Virus record (IMG/VR): IMGVR_UViG_2636416136_000011
Reading direction: 5' to 3' (one strand)
Length of the DNA stretch: 41,816 nucleotides
Source: a virus
Lineage: Duplodnaviria; Heunggongvirae; Uroviricota; Caudoviricetes
Part shown: positions 1 through 9,146 of the stretch, in pieces
Numbering within the stretch: the first letter of the stretch is position 1
Layout of the letters: each line of letters opens with the position of its first letter
Program-made: the position numbers and the translations under genes
The notes under the pieces: model-generated
What the model was told of the DNA's origin: nothing
Databases searched by the model: none
Seen by the model: only the letters and a program-made list of their open reading frames with translations

Positions 1-273
1 TACACATATTCACGCTCATTAATACAATCATTTAAAGGAAACAACAAACTCATTGAGGATTATGAAAAAATCCTTATTGGCATGGCAGACAATAACAAAG
101 ATAAAACCATGTATAAGAGATTACATGATGCAAAAATAAATGTAATGGTAGATTATGCTCAAGGGATAAAAAATATTGATGCAGAGCTAAGAGATGCAGT
201 CAATAAGGGATTCGACATTATCGACCAAGAAGTAAAGTCACTACAAATGAAATTAAACAAATTAGCTTCATAG
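1..273 (+). CDS. hypothetical protein, 5'-truncated by the window edge
   Basis: Frame 1 is open from nt 1 to the stop at 271-273; A+T-rich and lysine-rich; no motif recognised; lies outside the invertase end of the prophage. Confidence 0.35.
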   Translation, partial: YTYSRSLIQSFKGNNKLIEDYEKILIGMADNNKDKTMYKRLHDAKINVMVDYAQGIKNIDAELRDAVNKGFDIIDQEVKSLQMKLNKLAS

Positions 274-353
274 AATGCTCCACTCCCTGTTCAATATTTT
301 TACAAGCTTATCAGCCAGCCGTGGCACGTTCTTGCATACGACGTGCTACGGTT

Positions 354-908
354 TCATTTATCTCCGACCGGAAACCTCTTATACAAAGTCGATATGCCAA
401 CATCATAGATGATCGCCACCTTCTGGCGAGGAACTCCTGATGCAATTAATCGTCCGGCCTGTGCCCATTGTTCTGGTGTAAGTTTGGGACGTCGTCCACC
501 AATTCGTCCCTGTGCGCGAGCAGCTTCCAGGCCAGCTTTTGTTCGTTCAACAATCAGTTCTCGTTCCATTTCAGCCAGGGCACCCATCACATGAAAGAAA
601 AAACGCCCCATCGGTGTGCTGGTATCAATAGCATCCGTCAAGCTGCGAAAATTAACGCCACGTTCGCGCAACTCCTCAACCAGAATGACCAGATGCCGCA
701 TACTACGCCCCAGCCGATCCAGCTTCCAGACAACCAGAGTGTCACCTGCCGATAATGTCCTGAGCAGTTTTTTCAGTCCCGGCCTTTCGGACTTTGTACC
801 GCTTATTTTGTCTTCAAAAATCAGCTCGCATCCTGCACAGTTCAGCGCATTACGTTGTAGATCTGTGTTCTGGTCATTTGTTGACACACGTACATAGCCA
901 ATAAGCAT
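354..908 (-). CDS. Serine-recombinase DNA invertase (Gin/Pin/Hin/Cin family)
   Basis: N-terminus MLIGYVRVSTNDQ with catalytic Ser, VVWKLDRLGRS and GRIGGRRPKL motifs and a C-terminal HTH; start taken at the internal Met (908) rather than the upstream in-frame Met at 944. Confidence 0.9.
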   Translation of the reverse strand: MLIGYVRVSTNDQNTDLQRNALNCAGCELIFEDKISGTKSERPGLKKLLRTLSAGDTLVVWKLDRLGRSMRHLVILVEELRERGVNFRSLTDAIDTSTPMGRFFFHVMGALAEMERELIVERTKAGLEAARAQGRIGGRRPKLTPEQWAQAGRLIASGVPRQKVAIIYDVGISTLYKRFPVGDK

Positions 909-934
909 GGTAGATCTCCCTGACAAAAGCAGGA

Positions 935-1327
935 ATGATGCCATTTGCTCGTTATTTCTGCATTTTCATAAACGTTGGTTTGGGAGAGGCGGCAAAAAGG
1001 AATGTGGGGACAGGGACGAATCAGATACCTGATATGGGTAGTTTTATGCTTTCTGCTTCAGTTCCTGGATATCAAAAATTGCCATCCGGTTTAATTATTC
1101 AATGGGGGCCAATTGATGTTCCGCTGACGTCTCAGGACACAGTAACCTATTTTCCGATTGCATTTCCGAACAGATGTCTGCGGGTATTTGCGACTCAGGA
1201 TTACACTCCCGGCAGTGCAAATGTTGGCTATATAGCTTGTGCCGGTTATAACCAGGACCCGGTGAAATTTATTTCCAGAGCAGGCGTACCCGGTATCGGT
1301 GCTTCATTTTTCGCATTAGGGTGTTAA
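935..1327 (+). CDS. Silent alternative tail-fibre C-terminal (receptor-binding) segment, expressed only after inversion
   Basis: Plus-strand ORF reading outward from the crossover site, with no start context of its own; the encoded GLGE at the site matches GLGEG at the crossover in the expressed fibre. Confidence 0.55.
   Translation: MMPFARYFCIFINVGLGEAAKRNVGTGTNQIPDMGSFMLSASVPGYQKLPSGLIIQWGPIDVPLTSQDTVTYFPIAFPNRCLRVFATQDYTPGSANVGYIACAGYNQDPVKFISRAGVPGIGASFFALGC
963..988. repeat. hix/gix-like invertase crossover site (invertase-proximal), TTTTCATAAACGTTGGTTTGGGAGAG
   Basis: Its reverse complement CTCTCCCAAACCAACGTTTATGAAAA matches the site at 2803..2828 in inverted orientation, including a 13-bp identical run; internal AAACC/GGTTT dyad as in hix sites. 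Confidence 0.7.
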
Positions 1328-1353
1328 TTTCTTTTAACTTTATGGAGTGAAAA

Positions 1354-1794
1354 ATGAATTACATATATTCCGCGACTACAAACTCTTTCTATCCCTTGGA
1401 GATGAAAGAGGATTACACGCAAGCTGACTCATGGCCAGATGATGCTGTTGAAGTTGATGAGCAAGTGTATATTGAGTTTTCCGGATTACCGCCGGAAGGA
1501 AAAATCCGTATCGCTGGAGAAAATGGTTTTCCTGCATGGTCTGAAATTCCACCACCAACGCATGAGGAACAGATTGCTGCAGCCGAACTGGAAAAGCAGC
1601 AATTGATTAATCAGGCCAACGATTATATGAACAGTAAACAATGGCCTGGTAAAGCGGCTATTGGTCGTCTGAAAGGTGAGGAACTGGCGCAATATAATTT
1701 GTGGCTGGATTACCTGGACGCACTGGAAATGGTCGATACTTCCAGTGCGCCAGATATTGAATGGCCTACGCCTCCGTCAGTTCAGGCCAGATGA
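1354..1794 (+). CDS. Tail fibre assembly protein (Tfa/U'-like) paired with the silent fibre tip
   Basis: About 146 aa, directly downstream of the alternative fibre tip and converging on the other Tfa gene (29-bp overlap), as in Mu U/U'. Confidence 0.65.
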   Translation: MNYIYSATTNSFYPLEMKEDYTQADSWPDDAVEVDEQVYIEFSGLPPEGKIRIAGENGFPAWSEIPPPTHEEQIAAAELEKQQLINQANDYMNSKQWPGKAAIGRLKGEELAQYNLWLDYLDALEMVDTSSAPDIEWPTPPSVQAR

Positions 1795-2359
1795 CATCCG
1801 GCGCGGTGCTGGTATCTGTTGCCGTCACCGCGTCAATGTAATCCAGCACAGCGTTAAGCCGGGTTGTTTCTGCCTGCGTCAGTTTCCGCCCGGCCTGTAA
1901 TTTCAGCTGAATCAGACTAATGGAAGCCATTGCTGCATCAATCAGCGACTGGCGCTGTGCTTCTGCCGCGCCTACTGCGGCGCTATGCTGTGCCTCGGTA
2001 TCCGTCACCCATTTCTCACCATCCCATTTATCGTATGGCGTTAACGGTGAAAGCGTGACATAACCGTCTTTGATGGCACCGATATAATCCACTGTAACAG
2101 CTGCACCATTTTCTGTTGAGTAAACAGTCTCATTGCGATGGTCTTCTTCATGGCTCCATCCCTTACCCGTAAATACTGCCACTTTTCCCGGAATGTTTTC
2201 GCCCGGGTCAATACCAGTGGAACAGGCGGGCATACTTACGCCAGTATTAATATATTCATCAGACCAGCCCGTATACTCAGTTGTTTCAGCATCATAATAA
2301 AAACAACGCATATCGCCCGGCACTGTAGCCAGCCCATTTTCATCAAAAACAGGTTTCAT
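1766..2359 (-). CDS. Tail fibre assembly protein (Tfa/U-like) paired with the expressed fibre
   Basis: 197 aa, immediately downstream of the tail fibre gene with start/stop overlap; position and size typical of a fibre chaperone. Confidence 0.65.
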   Translation of the reverse strand: MKPVFDENGLATVPGDMRCFYYDAETTEYTGWSDEYINTGVSMPACSTGIDPGENIPGKVAVFTGKGWSHEEDHRNETVYSTENGAAVTVDYIGAIKDGYVTLSPLTPYDKWDGEKWVTDTEAQHSAAVGAAEAQRQSLIDAAMASISLIQLKLQAGRKLTQAETTRLNAVLDYIDAVTATDTSTAPDVIWPELTEA

Positions 2360-3171
2360 TATTTAGCCCTCACCAGAAAGTTAAATGCAATATTTCGCGG
2401 TCTGACAGCAACAAAATTCACACCATCACCCACAGAGTTACTGGTGAAATTAAATCGTGAAAATCCTGGCTGATTTCCGGCGATGCCATCATGAAAGTCA
2501 ATTGCGTGTCCCGCACCTCCGCCTATATTCCCGGCAAACTGAGAAAAGTTTGTAGCTTCCTGCCAGCTTAATAATTCGCGACCACCATCTGCACCTCGCC
2601 CGTCATCCCAGATACGAATGAAATCACCGCGGGCTTCAGGTAATACCAGCGAAGGAAACACTTTCGCCAGCACAGGGTAATCAGTGGCAGAAAATTTCGC
2701 CCCGTTGAACTTCAAAAACACCATACCGGACCAGCTGTCGATGACAGAATTTGGCATTGCGGCGGACGGCCAGAAGAACGGAACGCCAATAGCTGGAGCA
2801 CCTTCTCCCAAACCAAGGTTTTCGAGAGCCGTTTTCACCGTGCCATCCGATTTGATATCGCCAAACGGATTCTTGCGGCTCAGGTATTCAACAGCAAACC
2901 CCGATCCCAGCAATTCAACAAAACCGGGCAGATCACCATTATCAAGCACATCCCGTTGCGTTTTGTCACTTACAAACTGGGCCAGAGCTGCAGCAATAAA
3001 GCTGGCCTGCCGAATAACCTTATTGACTTGCGCACTGGATGCTTTCCCTGCTGTAAATCCGGATAAAAGCGCAGGCAACGCTTCCCATTCCTCCTGCGAC
3101 ATAACATTGGCATTTTTACCCGTTGCGAATGCTTTAAAGTCATTTTTTGCCATCAGAGTAATACTCCCCAT
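2359..3171 (-). CDS. Tail fibre protein (constant N-terminus plus invertible C-terminal receptor-binding part)
   Basis: C-terminal collar-like motif [29 protein letters not shown]; a hix-like site lies inside the gene. Confidence 0.75.
   Translation of the reverse strand: MGSITLMAKNDFKAFATGKNANVMSQEEWEALPALLSGFTAGKASSAQVNKVIRQASFIAAALAQFVSDKTQRDVLDNGDLPGFVELLGSGFAVEYLSRKNPFGDIKSDGTVKTALENLGLGEGAPAIGVPFFWPSAAMPNSVIDSWSGMVFLKFNGAKFSATDYPVLAKVFPSLVLPEARGDFIRIWDDGRGADGGRELLSWQEATNFSQFAGNIGGGAGHAIDFHDGIAGNQPGFSRFNFTSNSVGDGVNFVAVRPRNIAFNFLVRAK
2803..2828. repeat. hix/gix-like invertase crossover site (inside the tail fibre gene), TTCTCCCAAACCAAGGTTTTCGAGAG
   Basis: 20 of 26 positions match hixL as I recall it (TTCTTGAAAACCAAGGTTTTTGATAA); inverted copy at 963..988; central AA dinucleotide at 2815-2816. 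Confidence 0.7.
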
Positions 3172-3833
3172 GCCCCTACATCAAAACCACTGATGAATTC
3201 GTTATCCATATCAAAACCAAAAAATTTTGAACCTTCCGATGGGGTTTCCACCGAAGGTGTTTCAATGCCACCCGCCCACACCCCGGCGGCTTTTACTGTG
3301 AGATATCCCTGTTTAATTGCAGCAATTAACTCACGCGATACATCTGAAATATCAGTATCAGGAAAGACCCAGACCGATATCGTCATGTCCTGGTTATCGA
3401 CTATCTGCATTCGCAGCCCGGATCCTGCTGTTGCCGCGTCAAGAATTACCGGAAGCGAATCATTCCGTCCGTCCCAGTTATTAATCGCAATCTTCGCTTT
3501 AAGGATGACACGATAAGTTTCATCGCTGAGGTACATGTATCCGGAATCAGGATCGTATGGCCCCTGCCATACACCCTGATCATATCCAAGCCCGTCGGTA
3601 TCCCAGCTGAAATAGACACCTGAGATAGGCTGGCTGACAACACGGCTACGTCCGATCCACAATCCAAGAATGTCAAGTTGCACACCAACCGCGGAGTCAA
3701 TATCAAATGCAGTAATCAACCCTCTGGTGGCCGCCGCAACATCAATAAGCGGCCGGGTCATCAGATCAACATGCGCAAGAAATTTAGGTTTGGTGGCGTG
3801 GTAGTTCGTGATTAGTTCGGTGTATTTGCTCAT
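3153..3833 (-). CDS. Tail/baseplate protein (gpI/gp48-like position)
   Basis: 226 aa between the baseplate J-like gene and the tail fibre; overlapping coupled starts. Confidence 0.4.
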   Translation of the reverse strand: MSKYTELITNYHATKPKFLAHVDLMTRPLIDVAAATRGLITAFDIDSAVGVQLDILGLWIGRSRVVSQPISGVYFSWDTDGLGYDQGVWQGPYDPDSGYMYLSDETYRVILKAKIAINNWDGRNDSLPVILDAATAGSGLRMQIVDNQDMTISVWVFPDTDISDVSRELIAAIKQGYLTVKAAGVWAGGIETPSVETPSEGSKFFGFDMDNEFISGFDVGAWGVLL

Positions 3834-5029
3834 GACTCCACCGTTATAACGATATTTTCCGGGGTACAGGACGCAGATTCGTTGTATCTGATATCAATGT
3901 TTGATGACGACAAAGCCCCCGGGGATTTCCCAATCGTCAGTTCCTGAATATCGTAATAGCGTGCATTCCCGCCACTCACCACGCCAAGATTCGCCGGTGA
4001 GTAAATGCGACTTAAAAGGACCGAATCACCAATCATCAGACTATTGATATAGTCGGAAATAGCCTGCTGGATCTGCTGCCCTATCTGTGAGGTATAACCC
4101 GTAAAAACTTTTAATTTAATCCGGGCATAAACAGGCACATCACTGGAACGCGAGAATTTGATTACATGGGGATTGCCGTATTTATCCGGAACCGTAACGG
4201 ATGTTGTACCGTGAGTGGCTGTCCCCTGGCCTTTATTTCCTCTGATAGCCTGAGCAATATCCGTCACATCACCGCCATCCACAATTACAGCAACAGAGTG
4301 TGGCGGTAACCCGTTACCGTCCTCTGAACCAGTATCGTTTTCATAGAGTTTGTGGCGGGTTACACCGGTAACATTAGAAACAGCACCATCCAGTGCTTCA
4401 AATGGGGTTATTGATGGCAACGCAACACTTTGCGACTGACGGATACGTAACTCCGCATCAGTTTCTGCCGGAGTGCCTACAGTAGCTGCAGCAGGATTGG
4501 TTACCGAAACCCAGCCACGGGTTGGCGTATTAATTTCAGTGATAGTTCCAGCCAGCGCCGCCACTGCACCACTGACGGAACATGTTGCGGTCGCCATCAC
4601 TGTACCATCCACGCCGACCACCACTGAAGCAGGCAAACGCCATATCACATTATTACCATCTTTCACGCTGCCATTAATGATGGTTGTTCCGGCAGTTCCT
4701 GTAAGAAGCAAATCAACCGTAGAGTTCGTCGCGCCTTTACGTGAAATACCATTTATTTTCACGTTACTGGTCAGTGCAGCCCCATAGCCGGTTGCCGGTG
4801 AAAAACAGTTGTAGACAGTTATCGCAGTATTATTGGCATCATGAATCGCCAGCGCCATCAGAGCCACCATCTGGCCGTCTTTGCTGTCCGGTTCGAGGTA
4901 GGCATCACTGCCATAAATCTGCTGAAAATAGCTAATCAGGGTGCTGAGTATCGTCTGATAATCAGGCGCACTGATCCCCTCCGCGGTTACCTTTGCAGAT
5001 AAACCGAGAGAATCAAGGTTCAGAGCCAT
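3830..5029 (-). CDS. Baseplate J-like protein
   Basis: 399 aa; position after the gpW-like gene; threonine/glycine/valine-rich β-type sequence typical of baseplate wedge proteins. Confidence 0.55.
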   Translation of the reverse strand: MALNLDSLGLSAKVTAEGISAPDYQTILSTLISYFQQIYGSDAYLEPDSKDGQMVALMALAIHDANNTAITVYNCFSPATGYGAALTSNVKINGISRKGATNSTVDLLLTGTAGTTIINGSVKDGNNVIWRLPASVVVGVDGTVMATATCSVSGAVAALAGTITEINTPTRGWVSVTNPAAATVGTPAETDAELRIRQSQSVALPSITPFEALDGAVSNVTGVTRHKLYENDTGSEDGNGLPPHSVAVIVDGGDVTDIAQAIRGNKGQGTATHGTTSVTVPDKYGNPHVIKFSRSSDVPVYARIKLKVFTGYTSQIGQQIQQAISDYINSLMIGDSVLLSRIYSPANLGVVSGGNARYYDIQELTIGKSPGALSSSNIDIRYNESASCTPENIVITVES

Positions 5030-5382
5030 TACGCCTCCGATGTAACAGTCGTTATTCCATAAAGAGTGTCGATTTCAGCGGAAAACATGACACGTCGGGT
5101 CGTGGTATCCAGCGTCGTATTGAAAGAGAGGATTGATTTAACGCCCTGCGTTTCGAGGATGCGCTTACGGATCGCCAGGTTGTAGGTTTCCGGCTTCTGC
5201 TTACCGAGTACGGACTGGATCCACGGAGTCCCCTCGGTGGTGTCGAGAAACCATTGCCCATACCACAATTCGAATCGCGTTTTTACCGCCTGCGCCACGG
5301 CCTCCGGTGAGTTAATCAGCCAGGTGTCATCACCGCTGCCAAAGGTGTAATCGCCATCGGCGTCTTCACGTCTGTATCGCAT
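5029..5382 (-). CDS. Baseplate wedge protein (gpW/gp25-like)
   Basis: 117 aa, translationally coupled between the spike and J-like genes. Confidence 0.45.
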   Translation of the reverse strand: MRYRREDADGDYTFGSGDDTWLINSPEAVAQAVKTRFELWYGQWFLDTTEGTPWIQSVLGKQKPETYNLAIRKRILETQGVKSILSFNTTLDTTTRRVMFSAEIDTLYGITTVTSEA

Positions 5383-6134
5383 CAGTTTACCCCGTCGGTA
5401 CTGCTTTCACCGCGCTGAACACCACCATGAGTGTGCGTATCATCGATTGGCTTGCCGTTAGCCTTCACGCCCCCCAAAAACTCAACAGCACCAGTGATTT
5501 TTGAAGCCACACCAGAAACCACAGACCCCACCATGCCCCCCATCCAGGTTAACAGGCCATGAATGGTTACTTTCTCAGAAAAATCAGCCAGGGGGGCAAC
5601 CACATCAAGACCACCTGGAGCGACAATTTTAATTTTCCTGGTATCAGGATTAAGCTCAAAATAGGTGCTGCCGTCATCACTACGCAACTGTGTGGCACTG
5701 GTATTAATACCGCTAATCTTCCTTGCCTGCGACTGGGGACCGACAATACAAAACGCATCCGATAAATCATGCATTCTGTCATCGACCGACTCCTGTATCC
5801 CGCCACTCTGCCACCAGAAATCAATACAACGATCGGCAAAAATCACCAAACATTCATCACCGGCTTTAACTGGGAACGTTAGCGTACATCCTCCGCCGCG
5901 CGGGAATACCACTGGCACATCCACCAGCAATGGGTAATTTTTGGTAATGCGGTTGCCGTCATTATCCTTTTCAACCGAACGGATAGCAGGCTGCACAACT
6001 GCCGTCACCGCATCAGGATCGAATGACTGAATAATGCCAGGCAAGGCGACACGGATCTGGTTCTTTGTTGTTTCCCGTTCAGATTTGAATGTTTCGGCAA
6101 GGTCGCCGCTGCGGGTCTGGTCAGATACTGCCAT
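5382..6134 (-). CDS. Baseplate spike / assembly protein V-like
   Basis: 250 aa, first gene of the V-W-J-I block; glycine-rich C-terminal extension. Confidence 0.55.
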   Translation of the reverse strand: MAVSDQTRSGDLAETFKSERETTKNQIRVALPGIIQSFDPDAVTAVVQPAIRSVEKDNDGNRITKNYPLLVDVPVVFPRGGGCTLTFPVKAGDECLVIFADRCIDFWWQSGGIQESVDDRMHDLSDAFCIVGPQSQARKISGINTSATQLRSDDGSTYFELNPDTRKIKIVAPGGLDVVAPLADFSEKVTIHGLLTWMGGMVGSVVSGVASKITGAVEFLGGVKANGKPIDDTHTHGGVQRGESSTDGVN

Positions 6135-6152
6135 TTAGTAGGCTCCAGAAAG

Positions 6153-6175
6153 CAAAAAACCCGCCGAAGCGGGTT
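6153..6175 (-). terminator. Rho-independent terminator closing the two-gene moron
   Basis: Minus strand reads AAACCCGC-TTCG-GCGGGTTT followed by TTTTTGC, just 3' of the 6194 stop and before the baseplate spike start. Confidence 0.65.
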
Positions 6176-6193
6176 TGATAACGTTAATTTTAT

Positions 6194-6589
6194 TCATGAA
6201 ACTCTAGCAGACTTTAGCTGTTCCCAGCGCTCAAAATAGAGTTCAGCAGCCTCGATTGCATCCTGTCCCATCTCTTTCGAAACAGTCACATTCGTCAGAT
6301 CATAGTCAGCTTCATTTCTAGCATCCCGCCACTGGCGAAGTACGAAAGCTAGGGATTTCAGTGTATTTGTCGGGTATGGCTCTGATTTGCACTCTGAGGG
6401 CGTTGACATATAACCCACAGTATTTTTGTGATGCTCATGGGTAAAATGCGGTATGGCAGTAAGTGAGCTAATAGACTCATGTAACATACTGTAATACGCC
6501 CTTGAGATAGCGCTTCGAAATCCACTCTCAATATTTTCAGACAGACATAATCGAGCGGTATCGAGAATCTGATTGCTAGTTACCGACAT
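6194..6589 (-). CDS. HEPN-like domain protein (candidate toxin/defence effector), moron gene 2
   Basis: 131 aa; motifs RAYYSMLHE (R-x6-H) and RDARNEADYD (R-x-x-A-D-Y) resemble classical HEPN signatures; A+T-rich; 14-bp overlap with the upstream gene. Confidence 0.5.
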   Translation of the reverse strand: MSVTSNQILDTARLCLSENIESGFRSAISRAYYSMLHESISSLTAIPHFTHEHHKNTVGYMSTPSECKSEPYPTNTLKSLAFVLRQWRDARNEADYDLTNVTVSKEMGQDAIEAAELYFERWEQLKSARVS

Positions 6590-7349
6590 GGTAGCTCACC
6601 CCCGTATGCAACTGACGCGGAGAGGTAAATCTAGCTAACAGGGAACAATCATCCAGTTTAGATTCAGCGCAGACTCTATCAGCCAAGTCGAAGTTCATTT
6701 TGGCAATAGTTTTAGGCTCAAGATTTTTAATATCAACAACATAGCAACCGCTTCCACTAAGCTGAACGAAACCTGTCGTAGCCTTGTATTCACTTAGCAA
6801 GCCCCAGATTATGGATGCTAAGGTCTGGAACTGTTCCTTCGAGCACTGTGTGGCGCTATAGAAATTATCCATTTCTGCAAGGAGTTCTTCTTTGTGCTTC
6901 ATAGCATTACTCCTGCCTTCTGATTCAGAAAGAAGCTTAATGTGCTCTTCCATATAAAATTTTAACTGTTCACGCTCGCCGCAACGGTACGCCCAACTGT
7001 ATGCGTTGTGACTAAAGAGTTTTGTCCGATACTTCTTTGCCAGCGGGACATAGACATCCTTGAGTTCATTATAGCTAAATGTATTAATTAAAATGTGATG
7101 ATAGTGCATTGCCAACGTTACATCGTTTACTTCTAGGCTTATCCTGAGATAACGTAACGCGCTTTCAATCTTTCCGGTTATTGCATCCAGATAAGATAGT
7201 GCAATGTTGGTAGCAGGCGTTGGAGAGACAGAAAGTTCCTCTCGAATTTTCTTTTCAGTGAAGGGATCTAAACTTTCCCTATCCAATAGAAGCGCATTGA
7301 ATTGTTCAATATATTTTTGCGCTTTTTCTAATGGGATGCCTGCCGCCAT
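6576..7349 (-). CDS. Hypothetical protein, moron gene 1 (partner of the HEPN-like protein)
   Basis: 257 aa, no motif recognised; A+T-rich; separated from the upstream gene by a 95-bp gap. Confidence 0.5.
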   Translation of the reverse strand: MAAGIPLEKAQKYIEQFNALLLDRESLDPFTEKKIREELSVSPTPATNIALSYLDAITGKIESALRYLRISLEVNDVTLAMHYHHILINTFSYNELKDVYVPLAKKYRTKLFSHNAYSWAYRCGEREQLKFYMEEHIKLLSESEGRSNAMKHKEELLAEMDNFYSATQCSKEQFQTLASIIWGLLSEYKATTGFVQLSGSGCYVVDIKNLEPKTIAKMNFDLADRVCAESKLDDCSLLARFTSPRQLHTGVSYHVGN

Positions 7350-7444
7350 GGATTATTTCTCTTACTAAAGGGATTGTGATTGTGAACTTTGAACAATATC
7401 TCGTCAACCTTAAAGCGCTCATCTCGGAAGATTGACATCAAACT

Positions 7445-7777
7445 TTAGCGTAACGCCTTTTTACACGGGAAAGATCCAATGATTTTCGGCGCGTCCATGC
7501 TGTTCTGCAGCAGCTGGACGTTCAGGAAAGCTTTTCCGTTACGTTTCACAAACTCAAAGCCGTAATTGTTACCATCACGGGAAGGCATCAGGCCCATGTC
7601 CATTTTCATGTTTGAATAGTCACCATCTTTTCCCAGAAATTTTATCTTCTGTGATGTGACAGTTTCACCGTTAATAACAGTCATTCCGTCACCGGTCATC
7701 GTGTAGTTGCCGCACTGAATTGCAGCCATCGCCGGAGCAGTAACCATCATAACTAACGCCAAACATAACCGTTTCAT
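7445..7777 (-). CDS. Small secreted/periplasmic protein with N-terminal signal peptide (cargo gene)
   Basis: MKRLCLALVMMVTAPAMAA signal-like N-terminus with two Cys in the mature part; start overlaps the stop of the upstream baseplate gene (TAATG). Confidence 0.55.
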   Translation of the reverse strand: MKRLCLALVMMVTAPAMAAIQCGNYTMTGDGMTVINGETVTSQKIKFLGKDGDYSNMKMDMGLMPSRDGNNYGFEFVKRNGKAFLNVQLLQNSMDAPKIIGSFPCKKALR

Positions 7778-8841
7778 TAAAGCCCTCTTTCCCTCGCTGA
7801 TGAGGAAACAAGATCCGCCGCGCCACGCGCTTCACACATCATATCCATGTACCACGCCTGGCCCCTTGTGTCGCCAGTGTACATAATCCCGCGCACAATA
7901 TAAACGCCATCCGTTGCGATGCTGGCAGGCTGCGATGTGGTGCCGCTGAGCGTGATATTTCCGTCCGTGTTCTGGTCGGTGATCTGACCACCAGCCATCG
8001 CAATATCGTTGTTCGACAACGCGGTACGATAGACGGAAGCCTGATCCAGCTGAATGAGCCCGTTAACCCGGATGTTCGGATTAATAAGCGCGCGGACGTT
8101 TACGCCGTTACCGATAGTCTGCTGCGGCATTCCAATAAGCCCGGTAGCGCTGTTGAGCACAATCGCTTCGTGAACATATTCGTTATTCGCCACCATCTGG
8201 CGCTGACCGTCCACGAATTGCCATGTTGCGCCACATTGTCCGGCTACGTTATCCATTAGATGCCGCGTCATGCCAAAGAGTACCCGCCCCCGAGGGAATA
8301 CAGTAGCAGGCATTTCAGGCGTCAGGCCTTCGGTCGCGCCTTTGGCTTCGAAGTCTTTCATCAGCGCACGGTTCACATCAGCGACCGTGTAACCGGCAGC
8401 CAGCGTCTGTGAGGTTATACTGGTAGCAAAAGCCAGATCAGTATCTGCTGCCTGAATCAGGACGTAGGTATCAACCGGACTGTCTTTTCCTGTGACCGAG
8501 TAGCGAATTTCACCGCTGAAAATCAGTCCGTAGTTGCGGCCATCTCTCTGGCCCACGTCCGCCGCGTCAACTTCCCGCACGGTCCCTACGTCGCTTGCTG
8601 ACACCTCCGGCGCGATACCGTCGTAACCGGCAATCAGACGCACTTTCGAAAACTCCTGCCCGGTAATTCGGTTCACAGTATCTGCCGAGAGGTTATAAAT
8701 TTTGATAGTCCCTACCCGGGACGCGCTGCTGATGTTGAACCAGTCGATCGTAAAGGTGACTTTGAAATCACTTAGCTCAATTCCCTGACCGTTCCCGTCC
8801 ACAAGCTGCAGCTCGAAATGTCTCATCCAGTTCTGTGACAT
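7777..8841 (-). CDS. Baseplate hub / tail protein (gpD/gp44-like position)
   Basis: 354 aa, third gene after the tape measure gene. Confidence 0.45.
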   Translation of the reverse strand: MSQNWMRHFELQLVDGNGQGIELSDFKVTFTIDWFNISSASRVGTIKIYNLSADTVNRITGQEFSKVRLIAGYDGIAPEVSASDVGTVREVDAADVGQRDGRNYGLIFSGEIRYSVTGKDSPVDTYVLIQAADTDLAFATSITSQTLAAGYTVADVNRALMKDFEAKGATEGLTPEMPATVFPRGRVLFGMTRHLMDNVAGQCGATWQFVDGQRQMVANNEYVHEAIVLNSATGLIGMPQQTIGNGVNVRALINPNIRVNGLIQLDQASVYRTALSNNDIAMAGGQITDQNTDGNITLSGTTSQPASIATDGVYIVRGIMYTGDTRGQAWYMDMMCEARGAADLVSSSARERGL

Positions 8842-8843
8842 GC

Positions 8844-9146
8844 TTACTCCGTTGATACCAGTAAATGGCTGCGACCGCCCAGGTCAGTTTTTGTGGGGTA
8901 ATCCTGTGTGTTGTCATCACAGACCACCACCAGCTTAAAACCAAGCCCCATACAGGCGTACTGCGCCAGCAGCTCAGCACCAGTGACGAGAGGAATACCG
9001 GAGATTACCGGCTCCCCTCTGTCGTTCTGCAGGTCCATAATCCAGTACAGATCGCGCCATATGATGCTAATCCGCCAGGTGACACCACCCAGGACGATGC
9101 TGAACTGCTGGTTGTCCGCTGTCAGCGGAATTTCCTGAATTGTCAT
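8844..9146 (-). CDS. Tail protein
   Basis: 100 aa, coupled between tail genes downstream of the tape measure gene. Confidence 0.4.
   Translation of the reverse strand: MTIQEIPLTADNQQFSIVLGGVTWRISIIWRDLYWIMDLQNDRGEPVISGIPLVTGAELLAQYACMGLGFKLVVVCDDNTQDYPTKTDLGGRSHLLVSTE

Noticed and set aside
409-897. Plus-strand ORFs (409..594, 468..755, 616..897) inside the invertase gene
   Set aside because: They lie antisense within a well-supported, motif-bearing invertase gene and have no start context of their own; treated as shadow ORFs
7445-7777. Identity as a Bor/Lom-type lambdoid virulence lipoprotein
   Set aside because: No lipobox cysteine directly after the signal region and no resemblance to Bor as I recall it; kept only as a generic secreted cargo protein
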